From IMG/VR virus record IMGVR_UViG_3300026116_000040, positions 1,149 through 65,148 of that record: a stretch of DNA of 64,000 bases. One strand, written 5' to 3'. The stretch's first letter is position 1, and the number at the start of each line of letters is the position of its first letter. The DNA comes from a virus. Taxonomy: Duplodnaviria; Caudoviricetes. Both the position numbers and the translations under genes were made by a program. Of the stretch, positions 19,207 through 28,515 are shown piece by piece. The notes under the pieces were generated by a model that saw only the letters and a list, made by a program, of their open reading frames with translations, did no database searches and was not told the DNA's origin.

Positions 19207-19326
19207 CTATGCTTTAGCTTTGTGAGGAGCCAACATAGGAGCAACGAATTTTTGATGTGCAGCTAAAGCAACCATTACGACTACAAGCATAAATGCACCT
19301 TTTTTTAGATTTTCGGTTGTGAACAT
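19207..19326 (-). CDS. Small membrane protein (39 aa) heading the structural operon
   Basis: MFTTENLKKGAFMLVVVMVALAAHQKFVAPMLAPHKAKA, A-rich translation start. Confidence 0.65.
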   Translation of the reverse strand: MFTTENLKKGAFMLVVVMVALAAHQKFVAPMLAPHKAKA

Positions 19327-19357
19327 TGTTTTTTGTTTATTTTTGGATTAATACTAG

Positions 19358-19511
19358 AAGCAAAAATAGTTTACATCTGTGTTATATTTTTTTCTATAAT
19401 TTGTGCGGTGCTTGGACAAACGGGGCTACGAGTGTTGCTAACAAAGAAAAGACCTCTGCACAAATTAGTACAAATTGCGAGTTGTAGATATTGGGGGAAT
19501 TTGTATATTTG
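19358..19511. promoter_or_regulatory. Divergent Bacteroidota-type promoter region (includes copy 2 of the 141-bp repeat)
   Basis: Minus-strand TATTTTTG at 19361-19368; plus-strand TATATTTG ending 19511, 4 nt before ATG 19516. Confidence 0.75.
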
Positions 19512-19515
19512 CCGT

Positions 19516-19830
19516 ATGGAAGACTTAACAACACCTCAAATAGGAACTACCTGCCCTGCGTTAACGAACGAAAATTACGAGTATCGCCTTTCGGGTGATT
19601 GTAAACCATTTTGCATCTGTTCATTAAACGATCAACCCTGCACAGGCAGAAGCATAGAAGACCCTGAAGACAGAAGTAGTAATTTTTTTAGTAGAGGAAA
19701 ATGTATGATAAGCCAACGCGGATTAAAAAGGTGCCCTGTTTTTGGCGCTTCAAATGAAACATTCGCGCAAATCATAAAAGATAAAATGCAAAAAGAGTTA
19801 GATGAAAAATTAAAACACATAGGTAAATAA
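19516..19830 (+). CDS. Cys-rich putative metal-binding protein
   Basis: Leaderless ATG at 19516; multiple Cys (CP...C..FCIC...C...C...CP). Confidence 0.65.
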   Translation: MEDLTTPQIGTTCPALTNENYEYRLSGDCKPFCICSLNDQPCTGRSIEDPEDRSSNFFSRGKCMISQRGLKRCPVFGASNETFAQIIKDKMQKELDEKLKHIGK

Positions 19831-19831
19831 A

Positions 19832-20149
19832 ATGAATATAGAAAAACTCATAGATGATAGAGCAAAGTGTAGAAGCGAAAAAAAGTGGGATCTTTGCGAT
19901 GAGATTAGAGATGTGCTAGACAGTCATAATGTTTTTGTTTTTGATACCAAGGCGGATCCAGATATTTATTATTTACCTTCATGGTTTTTTAAGTTCAAAG
20001 ATAAAATGGCAGAAACGGCAGCTATGAGTAAAAGGCGCTTTGTATAATATATTAGGTAACGATATATTATACAAAGCGATATACGGGCAGAAAAGAATTT
20101 TGACGCTTGGCTTGTATCTGTAAGGAATTCAAATAAAAACAAACAATGA
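19832..20149 (+). pseudogene. CysRS C-terminal-domain-like gene interrupted by two in-frame TAA codons
   Basis: LIDDRAKCRSEKKWDLCDEIRDVL resembles the CysRS anticodon-binding C-terminus; frame continues past 20045 and 20057 to an ATGA overlap at 20146-20149. Confidence 0.5.
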
Positions 20150-20886
20150 CCACATTTCCCCGCGTATTAATCGGTTCGCCAACGGCTAAAAATAAATCCT
20201 ATTGCGATTTTGAGTGGATTGATAATACGTTAAAAACGAATTACCCAAATTTTAAAGTTGTTCTTTTCGATAATTCCGATGACAACGGAGAGTATTGCGC
20301 TAGGCTAAACGATTATTATAAACAGAAATACAACGGGAACCAGTTTGAAGCAATAAAGTCTGACACTAGCTTTTGTTCTGGACTTATAGCGAAAGTTTGC
20401 CAGGGACATAACGACATAAGAAGGTATGCTTTGGATAATGGGTTTGATTATTTATATCATTTAGAGAGCGATGTAATGACCCAACCCCACACCTTACAAG
20501 AACTTCTCCTCCACAACAAACAAATTGCTGGCGCCTTATATTATAGAGATTTAGGCCGGTTTAGAAAACTGATGTTGCAAACTAGAGTATATAGATCCCC
20601 TCATAGTGTTTTTCATTATAATGCTGATCAAACAGATGATGCATGGTTCATTGACGGCATATTAAAAGAAGCAAGTCATATCGGACTAGGTGCTATTTTA
20701 ATAAGAAGGGATGTTTTAGAAAAGATACCATTTAGGTATGTAGAAGGGGTACATGTATATCCTGATTCATACTTTCAGGAAGATTGTTTTAGAGCAAAAA
20801 TAAAAATTTTCGCAGATACGCTGCTGATTTGTTCGCATAAAAACCAAGACTGGAATGATGTTTATGAAAAAAGTAGTAAATTCTAA
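20146..20886 (+). CDS. GT-A (GT2-like) glycosyltransferase
   Basis: VVLFDNSD, YLYHLESDV, GLGAILIRRDVLEKIPFR, D.YF motifs. Confidence 0.8.
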   Translation: MTTFPRVLIGSPTAKNKSYCDFEWIDNTLKTNYPNFKVVLFDNSDDNGEYCARLNDYYKQKYNGNQFEAIKSDTSFCSGLIAKVCQGHNDIRRYALDNGFDYLYHLESDVMTQPHTLQELLLHNKQIAGALYYRDLGRFRKLMLQTRVYRSPHSVFHYNADQTDDAWFIDGILKEASHIGLGAILIRRDVLEKIPFRYVEGVHVYPDSYFQEDCFRAKIKIFADTLLICSHKNQDWNDVYEKSSKF

Positions 20887-21635
20887 TGGCGAGAGAGGTT
20901 GTTTGCGGTATTTATAAAATTACTAGTCCGTCGGGGAAAATTTATATAGGCCAAAGTAAAGATGTATTGTTGAGGTTTACTTATTACAGAAGGTTAGCGT
21001 GTAAGAAACAGTTTAAACTATACAATTCTTTTAATAAGCATGGTGTCGAAAATCATATCTTTGAAATTATTGAAACTTGCAATATAGAGGAGTTGAATAA
21101 GCGAGAGGTATATTATATGACTTTATTTAACACCTTCAATACTACACACGGGCTAAACTGTAGAATTGGAGGCGAAGGAAAGATAATTCTCTCTGATGAC
21201 ACAAGGGAAAGGATCAGTTTAGCTCAAAGAGGAGAAAAAAGTGCTTGGTGGGGGAAGAGACATTCCGAAGAAACAATAAAAAAAATGAGAGAAGCATCAT
21301 TAAGAAGGAGTCCTCCAACTAAAGAGACGCGCGAAAAAATGAGTAAATCTAGGATAGGGATAGTTGTTAGTGAAATAACGCGAGAAAAGAGAAGGTTAAA
21401 TCAATTAGGAAAATGGAACATATATTGTGCTAAAGGTATTGTTCAATACGATATATGGCTAAATGAAATAAAAATATGGGAATCGGCAAGATGTGTGCAG
21501 CGTTCATTAGGGATAAATCAATCTTTAATAGGGAAATGTTGTAGGTTTTATTTAAATAAAGGTCAGGTAAAGTCCCAATATAAAATTAAAAGTGCTGGAG
21601 GTTTTGTTTGGAAATTTTTAAACGATAATAACTAA
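20886..21635 (+). CDS. GIY-YIG homing endonuclease with NUMOD3/NUMOD1 repeats
   Basis: [18 protein letters not shown]; [12 protein letters not shown]; SAGGFVWKF. Confidence 0.9.
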   Translation: MAREVVCGIYKITSPSGKIYIGQSKDVLLRFTYYRRLACKKQFKLYNSFNKHGVENHIFEIIETCNIEELNKREVYYMTLFNTFNTTHGLNCRIGGEGKIILSDDTRERISLAQRGEKSAWWGKRHSEETIKKMREASLRRSPPTKETREKMSKSRIGIVVSEITREKRRLNQLGKWNIYCAKGIVQYDIWLNEIKIWESARCVQRSLGINQSLIGKCCRFYLNKGQVKSQYKIKSAGGFVWKFLNDNN

Positions 21636-21967
21636 TATCATGCCAGCAAGCGAACAATACCTTTACCGGTGCATCGAAACCATGAAAGCTGATCCGGCTT
21701 TGTCGGATGAAACTAAAATATTAATGTTTATTGAATACGCTAGGTTGGTGGTAGAGGAGAAGAAATACACTACACAGGCTGGAGCAAATAGATACTAGCC
21801 CTCGCTTTGCCACTTCCTATTAAAATCATCTTCTGCTCTGCACTCTTGCACATAATCCTCCAGCAACTTCACCACATCAACATTCCTCATGGTCTCATCA
21901 ATATAGCTGATAAGCACCGTAGATTCAATGTTTATTCCTTGTTGTTTTAGAAATTCTTTTGCGTTCA

Positions 21968-22225
21968 TCACTCTTCCTCCTGTTCGCCAAGTATTTCTTT
22001 TAAGGTGATCTCACGAACTTTAACCGGTAAATTATTGTCACCCCATTTACAAACAAAGTACTTGTGATCGAAATTATCGTTCACCGGCACAATCATAAAG
22101 AACAAGTCCTTATACGATACGCCTAACTCTTCAGCAACATCTTTTAACGATGATTGCACTATTTCTTTTGTGGCGGCTTCTTTATCAAAAAGATTGCCTA
22201 ATCCTAATCCTGCTAATAGACTCAT
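21968..22225 (-). CDS. Hypothetical protein
   Basis: 85-aa ORF in the minus-strand operon. Confidence 0.6.
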   Translation of the reverse strand: MSLLAGLGLGNLFDKEAATKEIVQSSLKDVAEELGVSYKDLFFMIVPVNDNFDHKYFVCKWGDNNLPVKVREITLKEILGEQEEE

Positions 22226-22668
22226 AGTTGTGATGTTAAAGTTTGTGTATAATATTTTAAACGTTCCATATTCATTTGCGTGTCACCCTTATTCTGACTT
22301 ACAGCTTCAGTAACCCCGACTAATATATCTCTTTTAGATCGGCCAGTAGTTACATAATATTCTAAAACTAATTTGTCGGTGTTTTCATATTGCCCAAACA
22401 TATTACTATGACAATTCAGCCAAAGTACCATGTAAAATATATAGTTTTCAGAAAACGAGTTTAATTTATCCTTTGAGAAAAACATTTTATGTTCTTTATT
22501 TCCTACTGCAAAATTTCTAGGCTCAATAGGAGGGTCTATCTCTCGCAACAAAATTATATATTTTCCGCTAAGGCTTTGGTATTCTCCTTCGGATAATTGA
22601 TTATGCGTTTTGGCGAAGCTATCCGCAAACAATAATATCTCTTCGTCTGGTGTATAACGCACGTCCAT
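22222..22668 (-). CDS. Catalytically degenerate paralog of the HExxH protease
   Basis: Aligns by eye with the C-terminal half of 12362..13153; LHEFSH is replaced by LWLNCH. Confidence 0.5.
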   Translation of the reverse strand: MDVRYTPDEEILLFADSFAKTHNQLSEGEYQSLSGKYIILLREIDPPIEPRNFAVGNKEHKMFFSKDKLNSFSENYIFYMVLWLNCHSNMFGQYENTDKLVLEYYVTTGRSKRDILVGVTEAVSQNKGDTQMNMERLKYYTQTLTSQL

Positions 22669-22983
22669 TTAATTTTTATAATAGATTCCTAATTCAATTA
22701 ACTTCTCTGCACTCCATCCATTTTTTACCGCATTATAACGCAATAATAAAAAATTATCTTCAATAACGCTATCCTTTGTTATAAAAACATATCTTTCAGA
22801 TACCGTCTGACTCAAGAGCCAATCTTTCATTTCTTCCACTGTGTTGCCTTCGCTGTCTATAAAAAAGACTACTTCCACATCATCTTTATCGATGGCGTTG
22901 AGTTGTTTTTGTAATTTATCCATTACAGGATTTAATAATGGTTTTTCAGATTCGGTACCATAAAGTAGGATGGCTAGCTTCAT
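22669..22983 (-). CDS. GT2-like fragment / hypothetical protein
   Basis: MKLAILL...VEVVFFID...ERYVFI resembles a GT-A N-terminus. Confidence 0.45.
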   Translation of the reverse strand: MKLAILLYGTESEKPLLNPVMDKLQKQLNAIDKDDVEVVFFIDSEGNTVEEMKDWLLSQTVSERYVFITKDSVIEDNFLLLRYNAVKNGWSAEKLIELGIYYKN

Positions 22984-22990
22984 AAAATTG

Positions 22991-24250
22991 TAGCAGGAAA
23001 CACACTCATCGCCTTTTGGCGTGGGTGTGAGGAATGCGACCTGCTAATCGCTTTTAAGTTTGTAAATATAATAATTATTTTCTGATATGTGAAATTATTT
23101 TGTATCTTTGTGTTATGAAGTTGACATTGAAAATAAAACTTTTGCCTACTGATGAACAGGCTAACTTGCTTCTCGATACGATGAAGGAAGCTAACGCTGT
23201 TTGTAATGCCATATCCGATGTGGCTTGGGAGAAGCGTATTTTCAATAATTTTAAACTCCATCACGAAGTTTACCATAGCTACAAAGCAACTTTTAAACTT
23301 AGCAGTCAAATATTGGTAAGATGTATTGCAAAAGTTGCTGATGCCTACAAACTTGACAAGAAAACTAAAAGAGAATTTAGACCACTTGGGAGCATTGGTT
23401 ATGATAGCAGGATTATGACCTACAAGCCTAATGATATTGTTTCTCTTTGGGCTATTGGTGGTAGGATTAAAATACCTTTTGTATGCCATAACCGAAACTA
23501 CCTTCCTTACATAAAAGGCGAAGCCGACTTGGTTTACAAGAAAGGTAAGTTTTACCTGTTTCAGACCGTTGATGTACCCGAAGAAGATGTTGTAGATGTG
23601 GAGGAGTTTATCGGAGTTGATATGGGGCTGTTGGAAATAGCAGCACTTAGTAATGGCAAATCTTTTAATTCTAAAAAACTTAACGATTATAGAGAAAAAC
23701 GACAAAAAGTAAGGAGTTCGCTTCAAAGCAAAGGTACGAAAGGCTGTAAAAAAGTCCTGAAACGATTGTCTGGCAAAGAACGAACTACGAGTACAATTAT
23801 CAATCACACAATAAGCAAACAAATTGTTCAGCTTGCAAAATCCGAAGGTAAAGGAATTGCAATTGAGAACTTGAAAGGTATTAGATTTTCTGCTAATAAG
23901 AAAGGCAAAAAATTTAGAAGCAGAGTAGGAAAATGGAACTTCAATCAACTTAGAAGTTTTCTTACTTACAAGTGTTTGCTTAATGGCGTTAAATTGGTAG
24001 ATGTGCCACCTGCTTATACGAGTAAGACTTGCCATAATTGTCTGCATATAGGCAATAGACAAGGCAAAAAATTTACTTGTAACAACTGCAATTCTGTGTT
24101 TGATGCTGATGAAAATGCAGCAAAGAACATAGCATTGTTGGGGATGAATGTAAACCATCCTGAAAAGCCGAGTATGTTGTACTGTCAAGTGCATTCGTTC
24201 TTAGGTTTAAAGCCTATCCCATCGCTTTTTAGCGTGGGTGGGTAGTTTAC
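22991..24250 (+). mobile_element. IS200/IS605-family non-autonomous element (TnpB only)
   Basis: Related subterminal hairpins (CTCATCGCCTTTTGGCGTGGG at left, CCCATCGCTTTTTAGCGTGGG at right), GGGTAGTTTAC right end; inserted antisense in an operon; ends approximate. Confidence 0.8.
23115..24245 (+). CDS. tnpB: TnpB RNA-guided endonuclease
   Basis: RuvC motifs IGVDMG, IAIENL, DADENAAKNI; zinc finger TSKTCHNC...CNNC. Confidence 0.92.
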   Translation: MKLTLKIKLLPTDEQANLLLDTMKEANAVCNAISDVAWEKRIFNNFKLHHEVYHSYKATFKLSSQILVRCIAKVADAYKLDKKTKREFRPLGSIGYDSRIMTYKPNDIVSLWAIGGRIKIPFVCHNRNYLPYIKGEADLVYKKGKFYLFQTVDVPEEDVVDVEEFIGVDMGLLEIAALSNGKSFNSKKLNDYREKRQKVRSSLQSKGTKGCKKVLKRLSGKERTTSTIINHTISKQIVQLAKSEGKGIAIENLKGIRFSANKKGKKFRSRVGKWNFNQLRSFLTYKCLLNGVKLVDVPPAYTSKTCHNCLHIGNRQGKKFTCNNCNSVFDADENAAKNIALLGMNVNHPEKPSMLYCQVHSFLGLKPIPSLFSVGG

Positions 24251-24981
24251 TACAATTCAATTTTATAATTACTGTTTTTTAACTCCTTCAGCCTCTCCGA
24301 ATATATCACTCCCGCTTTCTGCAACGCTAATTCCTTGTTACGCTTATATTCCGAAACATCATTCACCTCGCGGCCTAAATGTACGGAATACTGATCGGGT
24401 ATGTAATAGTTGTTGAAGCCCAATAAATTTAACCTAGTTGCGTACTGCTCGCGTTCGCGCCCGTATGTACCCAATTGCGAATCAAATCCGCCAACGGCAT
24501 CCAGCGCGAGCCGGTTTATCATACTTACACCGGATACCACACTGGGCTTCCATACATGAGTAAATCCGTCATCCTTATTTAGGAAGGCGGTATATTTACC
24601 TTTTTCACCTTCGCAATGGATAGATGTGAAACCTGATTTATCTACTTCCTGATTAAAATGAAGTAAGTCCATCAGCCAGTTGTCTCCTAAAAGAATGTCA
24701 TTGGATAGGAAACAGATATATTCACCCTTTGCTTTTCTTAACAGCTTATTAAATCCGGCCGCTATACCGATATTGGTTTCCAACAGTTCAATTGATCCAG
24801 ACGGCACCAATGGGAACGCTTCTTCATTTGAAAGGGTTGTTGTTCGTTTATCTTGGCTTCCATTATCTAAAATAAGTAGCTCAAAATCGGTTACGCCAGG
24901 TTTGCTTAGTAATCTTTCCAGTACATACTTGGTCATCAAGTACCGGTCATGGGTAAGGAGGAGAAGGGATATTTTTGGCAT
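24250..24981 (-). CDS. GT2 glycosyltransferase
   Basis: LILDNGSQD, NIGIAAGFN, GEYICFLSND, VGGFD. Confidence 0.85.
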   Translation of the reverse strand: MPKISLLLLTHDRYLMTKYVLERLLSKPGVTDFELLILDNGSQDKRTTTLSNEEAFPLVPSGSIELLETNIGIAAGFNKLLRKAKGEYICFLSNDILLGDNWLMDLLHFNQEVDKSGFTSIHCEGEKGKYTAFLNKDDGFTHVWKPSVVSGVSMINRLALDAVGGFDSQLGTYGREREQYATRLNLLGFNNYYIPDQYSVHLGREVNDVSEYKRNKELALQKAGVIYSERLKELKNSNYKIEL

Positions 24982-24982
24982 A

Positions 24983-25261
24983 TTATACTGTTCTTGGTTT
25001 AATTCTTAGTTTTTTTCTTATGCCGTATACTTGAAAAAATGTAGCATATTCTCTGTGTTTTTCACAAACCCTGTTGAAATCCATATCAGTGAACAGCTTT
25101 TTATCAGTATAGGTTAACTCTTTATCACAGATAGCGCAAACGTGCTGACTTACATATATAAAGTATTCGTTGGCAATAGATTTTATCCTATTTGTAAGTT
25201 CGGGAGGGATTCTAATGTCCTCCTTCTGCAAGAACGATTCAAAGCTTTTTAATTTTGCCAC
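24983..25261 (-). CDS. Small zinc-finger-like protein
   Basis: CAIC...CEKH. Confidence 0.55.
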   Translation of the reverse strand: MAKLKSFESFLQKEDIRIPPELTNRIKSIANEYFIYVSQHVCAICDKELTYTDKKLFTDMDFNRVCEKHREYATFFQVYGIRKKLRIKPRTV

Positions 25262-25381
25262 TATCTATACAATTTAAACAATAATGAAGTGTTCTTTTTT
25301 TTCCTTTGACTGTCTTATACTCTCCTTTTTGTAGTATAGTGGTACAGCAGTCGCAAACAATGTTTAGGGATATGCCTTTTA

Positions 25382-25837
25382 TCATTTTAGTAATCTTTTT
25401 ACCGCTTTGTAATTCATTATTTTTAATTCGATATTCGTGGATCCTACTACGTTAAAAGTGAGCCGCGATAACGCATCCTTAATTTCCGGTTCTTGGCGGT
25501 TTTTTGCCTTATTCACAACATCTGAATAGTTTTCTTCCATATCCTCAATATCTTTCAAAAATACGTTATTGAAATAATTGATTGCATAAGCCTCCCTTTC
25601 GGCCACAGCGCGACCCAATGCTTTTATTTCACCTTGTGTTTTTATCTTTTCCAAGGTAACCTCATTGCGCTCGTAATCCGTTTTACCTTCTGGCATTAAC
25701 GCTATCCTCTTTTGCAAGCACTCTAGTTTTAACTTGTGCATCTGCAATGGTGCCTCAATGTACTCTCGCAGGTACGGATGATTTAGTTGTTCTTTTGCCA
25801 TAATATAATAAAGTTTCGTTTTTTTGATCCGTACCAA
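25382..25837 (-). CDS. Hypothetical helical protein
   Basis: ORF; true start is probably MAKEQ. Confidence 0.6.
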   Translation of the reverse strand: MVRIKKTKLYYIMAKEQLNHPYLREYIEAPLQMHKLKLECLQKRIALMPEGKTDYERNEVTLEKIKTQGEIKALGRAVAEREAYAINYFNNVFLKDIEDMEENYSDVVNKAKNRQEPEIKDALSRLTFNVVGSTNIELKIMNYKAVKRLLK

Positions 25838-26083
25838 AGTATTAATAACTTACTGTTGTCTCCTTTGGCCCAGGCTAAACGGGGTTGAATAGCCTTCTCC
25901 ACAAATAAAATAATAAGCAATAAAATTATTGTCTTTATCATAAAAATATTAATTCTTCTTTTTTATAAATCGTTTTCATGTCATCATAATTAACGTAATC
26001 GCCGGTTGATCGTAATAAATAAACTTCTACTATTTTATCCGTTAACTTCACTTTTGCTTTTAATAGGGGGTTGATCATAATTG

Positions 26084-26563
26084 CTATAGTTTTAATCCGT
26101 CTGCTGTTGGTTCAATAGTGGCCCCTGTATTCGGGTCTTTACTTGAAGGATAAGGATTCGGCTCATTCATCTCTTTTAAAATCATACCCATCCACATAAC
26201 ACCTTCTTGCAGCTTAGTTACAACAAGGCTTTGTTCCCGTGATTTTGGCAGAGATTTAACTCGTTGTATAATTTCATCCGTATCTTTACGAAGCTGTTTA
26301 ATTTTTACTACGCCTCTTTCAAAATCTTCAAGTGAATGAACAGTATTCGTGGCTTCGTAATTTTTTAATGTAAATTCTTTTATAAATTCATCAGCCGTTT
26401 TACCTAACTCATCGCATTTTATAGGACGTTGTTCAATCGCGCCACTTTGAAACTCTGCCGTCAAATAGACTATGCTTTCCGATTCCTTTCTTACTCTTAC
26501 TATAAATCCTTTGGGCTGCATTGGTATTGTTTTCCCAAATATATTGAGATCCATTCTTTCCAT
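26084..26563 (-). CDS. Acb2/Tad1-like domain protein (candidate anti-defence nucleotide sponge)
   Basis: C-terminal SREQSLVVTKLQEGVMWMG helical hairpin motif. Confidence 0.6.
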   Translation of the reverse strand: MERMDLNIFGKTIPMQPKGFIVRVRKESESIVYLTAEFQSGAIEQRPIKCDELGKTADEFIKEFTLKNYEATNTVHSLEDFERGVVKIKQLRKDTDEIIQRVKSLPKSREQSLVVTKLQEGVMWMGMILKEMNEPNPYPSSKDPNTGATIEPTADGLKL

Positions 26564-26571
26564 TTTGTTAT

Positions 26572-27450
26572 TTATTTAGTTATTTGTGTTTGTGCGTCCT
26601 TATTACCATAATACAACATAGTGTACCTATCAACCAATTTCTTTCTGCTCTCCTCTTCACTACTTTTGTTTATCAATGCGTGTTCACGGACCTCCTTTTT
26701 ATTAATTAAAAAATACTTATCACAAGCATCTTCCCACTCAGCTTTGGTGAACGCCCCCTCTAATTTCCTTCCTCCGATTCCCATTATAAAAACAAAAAAC
26801 CTTATATCCCCCTTTTCAAAACGCTGAGTAACTATAATTTGAGCTATTTTATATAATGGGAAATTGGGGATCTTTGACTTCGACTCGTCTACATTGTCTC
26901 CTATAAAGTGCATTCGCACCCACCGACTATTCTGGTAAATCCTGGGCTCCGCGGCGCGCGCGCTCTGATAAGAAATGAGTACATCCACCCCATAGTGCCT
27001 TAGTGAAACTAGCTTACCGATAACCGCCTCCATGTGAGACATCTGCAAAACGTATGTGTTAACATCCTCAATCACCAACAAGCAGTCGATCACATTAGAG
27101 GCTAAATATTCTAACACTGTTTTTTTTTCAGAAATACCTAATGCTTTTGCATCTATCCTTCTACACTCAATCGTTTTTGGGTCTCTACACCATGCTCGTA
27201 CATCTTTTACCGCTATACGTCTTGCATTAAAATTTGGTATACCATTTTTAGCAAACTCTTCTGGCGTGTACTCTCCGTTAGTATCATAAATCAAACACCT
27301 TCTTGCACGTACTTTTGCTTCTATATTATCTTTAACATAGTCTACGATAATATACATATTTTGGTAGGTCTTTCCACCTCCCTGTATCGCGAGAGCTGTT
27401 TGCATCCCACACTCCCTTCCGCCTGTATTTTGTTTAGGTGCTGTCTCCAT
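26572..27450 (-). CDS. FtsK-HerA superfamily ATPase, A32/P9-like genome-packaging candidate
   Basis: Walker A IQGGGKT, IYDTNGEY, Walker B LLVIED, arginine finger LRH, hhhhYQ sensor, PRIYQN. Confidence 0.7.
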   Translation of the reverse strand: METAPKQNTGGRECGMQTALAIQGGGKTYQNMYIIVDYVKDNIEAKVRARRCLIYDTNGEYTPEEFAKNGIPNFNARRIAVKDVRAWCRDPKTIECRRIDAKALGISEKKTVLEYLASNVIDCLLVIEDVNTYVLQMSHMEAVIGKLVSLRHYGVDVLISYQSARAAEPRIYQNSRWVRMHFIGDNVDESKSKIPNFPLYKIAQIIVTQRFEKGDIRFFVFIMGIGGRKLEGAFTKAEWEDACDKYFLINKKEVREHALINKSSEEESRKKLVDRYTMLYYGNKDAQTQITK

Positions 27451-28514
27451 TATGCGGCTATCTCAGTTGGTTCTTCTTTAGCGGGCTCTTCTACCGGTTG
27501 CTCTTCATTAGCAGGTGCCGCTGGCGGAGGAACATTTTGCACCCTTTGGTCAATACCGGCAGCGTGTATTTGTTTTAGCTGTACAAGTACAGAGTTTGTT
27601 TCCGCTTTGTTCTGCATTGCTTTAAGTGCACGCTCAAACATCATACCTAAAAACACTACCCCTAATTGTATCGTAGGGTTTATTTTTATGTTTTTAAACT
27701 CCATAAAATCTTCCAACGCTTCCGACAAATCCTCTTTTTCTTCTATCGTGAAGCTGGCTAAATCCTGCGCTTTAACAATGGCTAACTCGAAAAACTGTTT
27801 AACGGTACCTTGTGTGTTAGTGTCCAAGTAAACAAGCATATTTAAACTTGCTTCACTAAGCTCATCATTAACGACAAGTTTTTGTATTTCATCATTGTTG
27901 ATATCTTTTGTGGCCCACCAAACGATACCTCTTCCAGCTAGTGCACAGGCCGCATCAACAGCATACTTAGTGAATTTCTTTTTACTTCTTCTTTTTAATT
28001 TAGCATCAGGGTCAGGCGTGGCATTTTGTTTCGCGCGAGGATTTGCGTTTAACGGCTGTTGTTGTTTCCCGTCTCCCTGTATTGTATCGTCCGGTATTTC
28101 AAAGCTATCTCTGAAATTAGTTGGTTCGCTGTAATTTGATTGTGGCTGTTTCTCTCCCGTATTTTGTTGGAACCCATCTTCTTTCACATAATCCCTGATA
28201 ATTGGCTCATCCCTGTTCAATGGATTGACCACTTTTTCCGGTTCCGGTTCAGGCGCCATACTGTCCCTGAATGACTCATGGCTTTCTACTGTAGGTTCGT
28301 TTTTTGTTTCAGAAACAATCTCTGCTGTTTCAATGCAGTAATGATCATGAAGAGATTTTAACTCCTCCATCGTATCTGCCGGACGGAAGTCGTTTACCTT
28401 ATCGGGATTTGCTGAGAAAAACTCCTGCAATTGCTTTTCTAAAGCCTTTTCTTTAAAGTTTCTTCCGCCGCGTTTATTATAAATCGTTAGCGGCATGTTA
28501 GTAGGTTTTGCCAT
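27450..28514 (-). CDS. Membrane-associated protein upstream of the ATPase
   Basis: Acidic/Pro-rich N-half and hydrophobic IQLGVVFLGMMF segment; translationally coupled to the ATPase. Confidence 0.65.
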   Translation of the reverse strand: MAKPTNMPLTIYNKRGGRNFKEKALEKQLQEFFSANPDKVNDFRPADTMEELKSLHDHYCIETAEIVSETKNEPTVESHESFRDSMAPEPEPEKVVNPLNRDEPIIRDYVKEDGFQQNTGEKQPQSNYSEPTNFRDSFEIPDDTIQGDGKQQQPLNANPRAKQNATPDPDAKLKRRSKKKFTKYAVDAACALAGRGIVWWATKDINNDEIQKLVVNDELSEASLNMLVYLDTNTQGTVKQFFELAIVKAQDLASFTIEEKEDLSEALEDFMEFKNIKINPTIQLGVVFLGMMFERALKAMQNKAETNSVLVQLKQIHAAGIDQRVQNVPPPAAPANEEQPVEEPAKEEPTEIAA

Positions 28515-28515
28515 G

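Noticed and set aside
19333-19515. N-terminal extension of ORF 19333..19830
   Set aside because: It runs through the duplicated promoter; TATATTTG plus ATG at 19516 is the better start
22980-24194. 404-aa minus-strand ORF
   Set aside because: Antisense shadow of tnpB; the plus strand has all the RuvC and zinc-finger motifs
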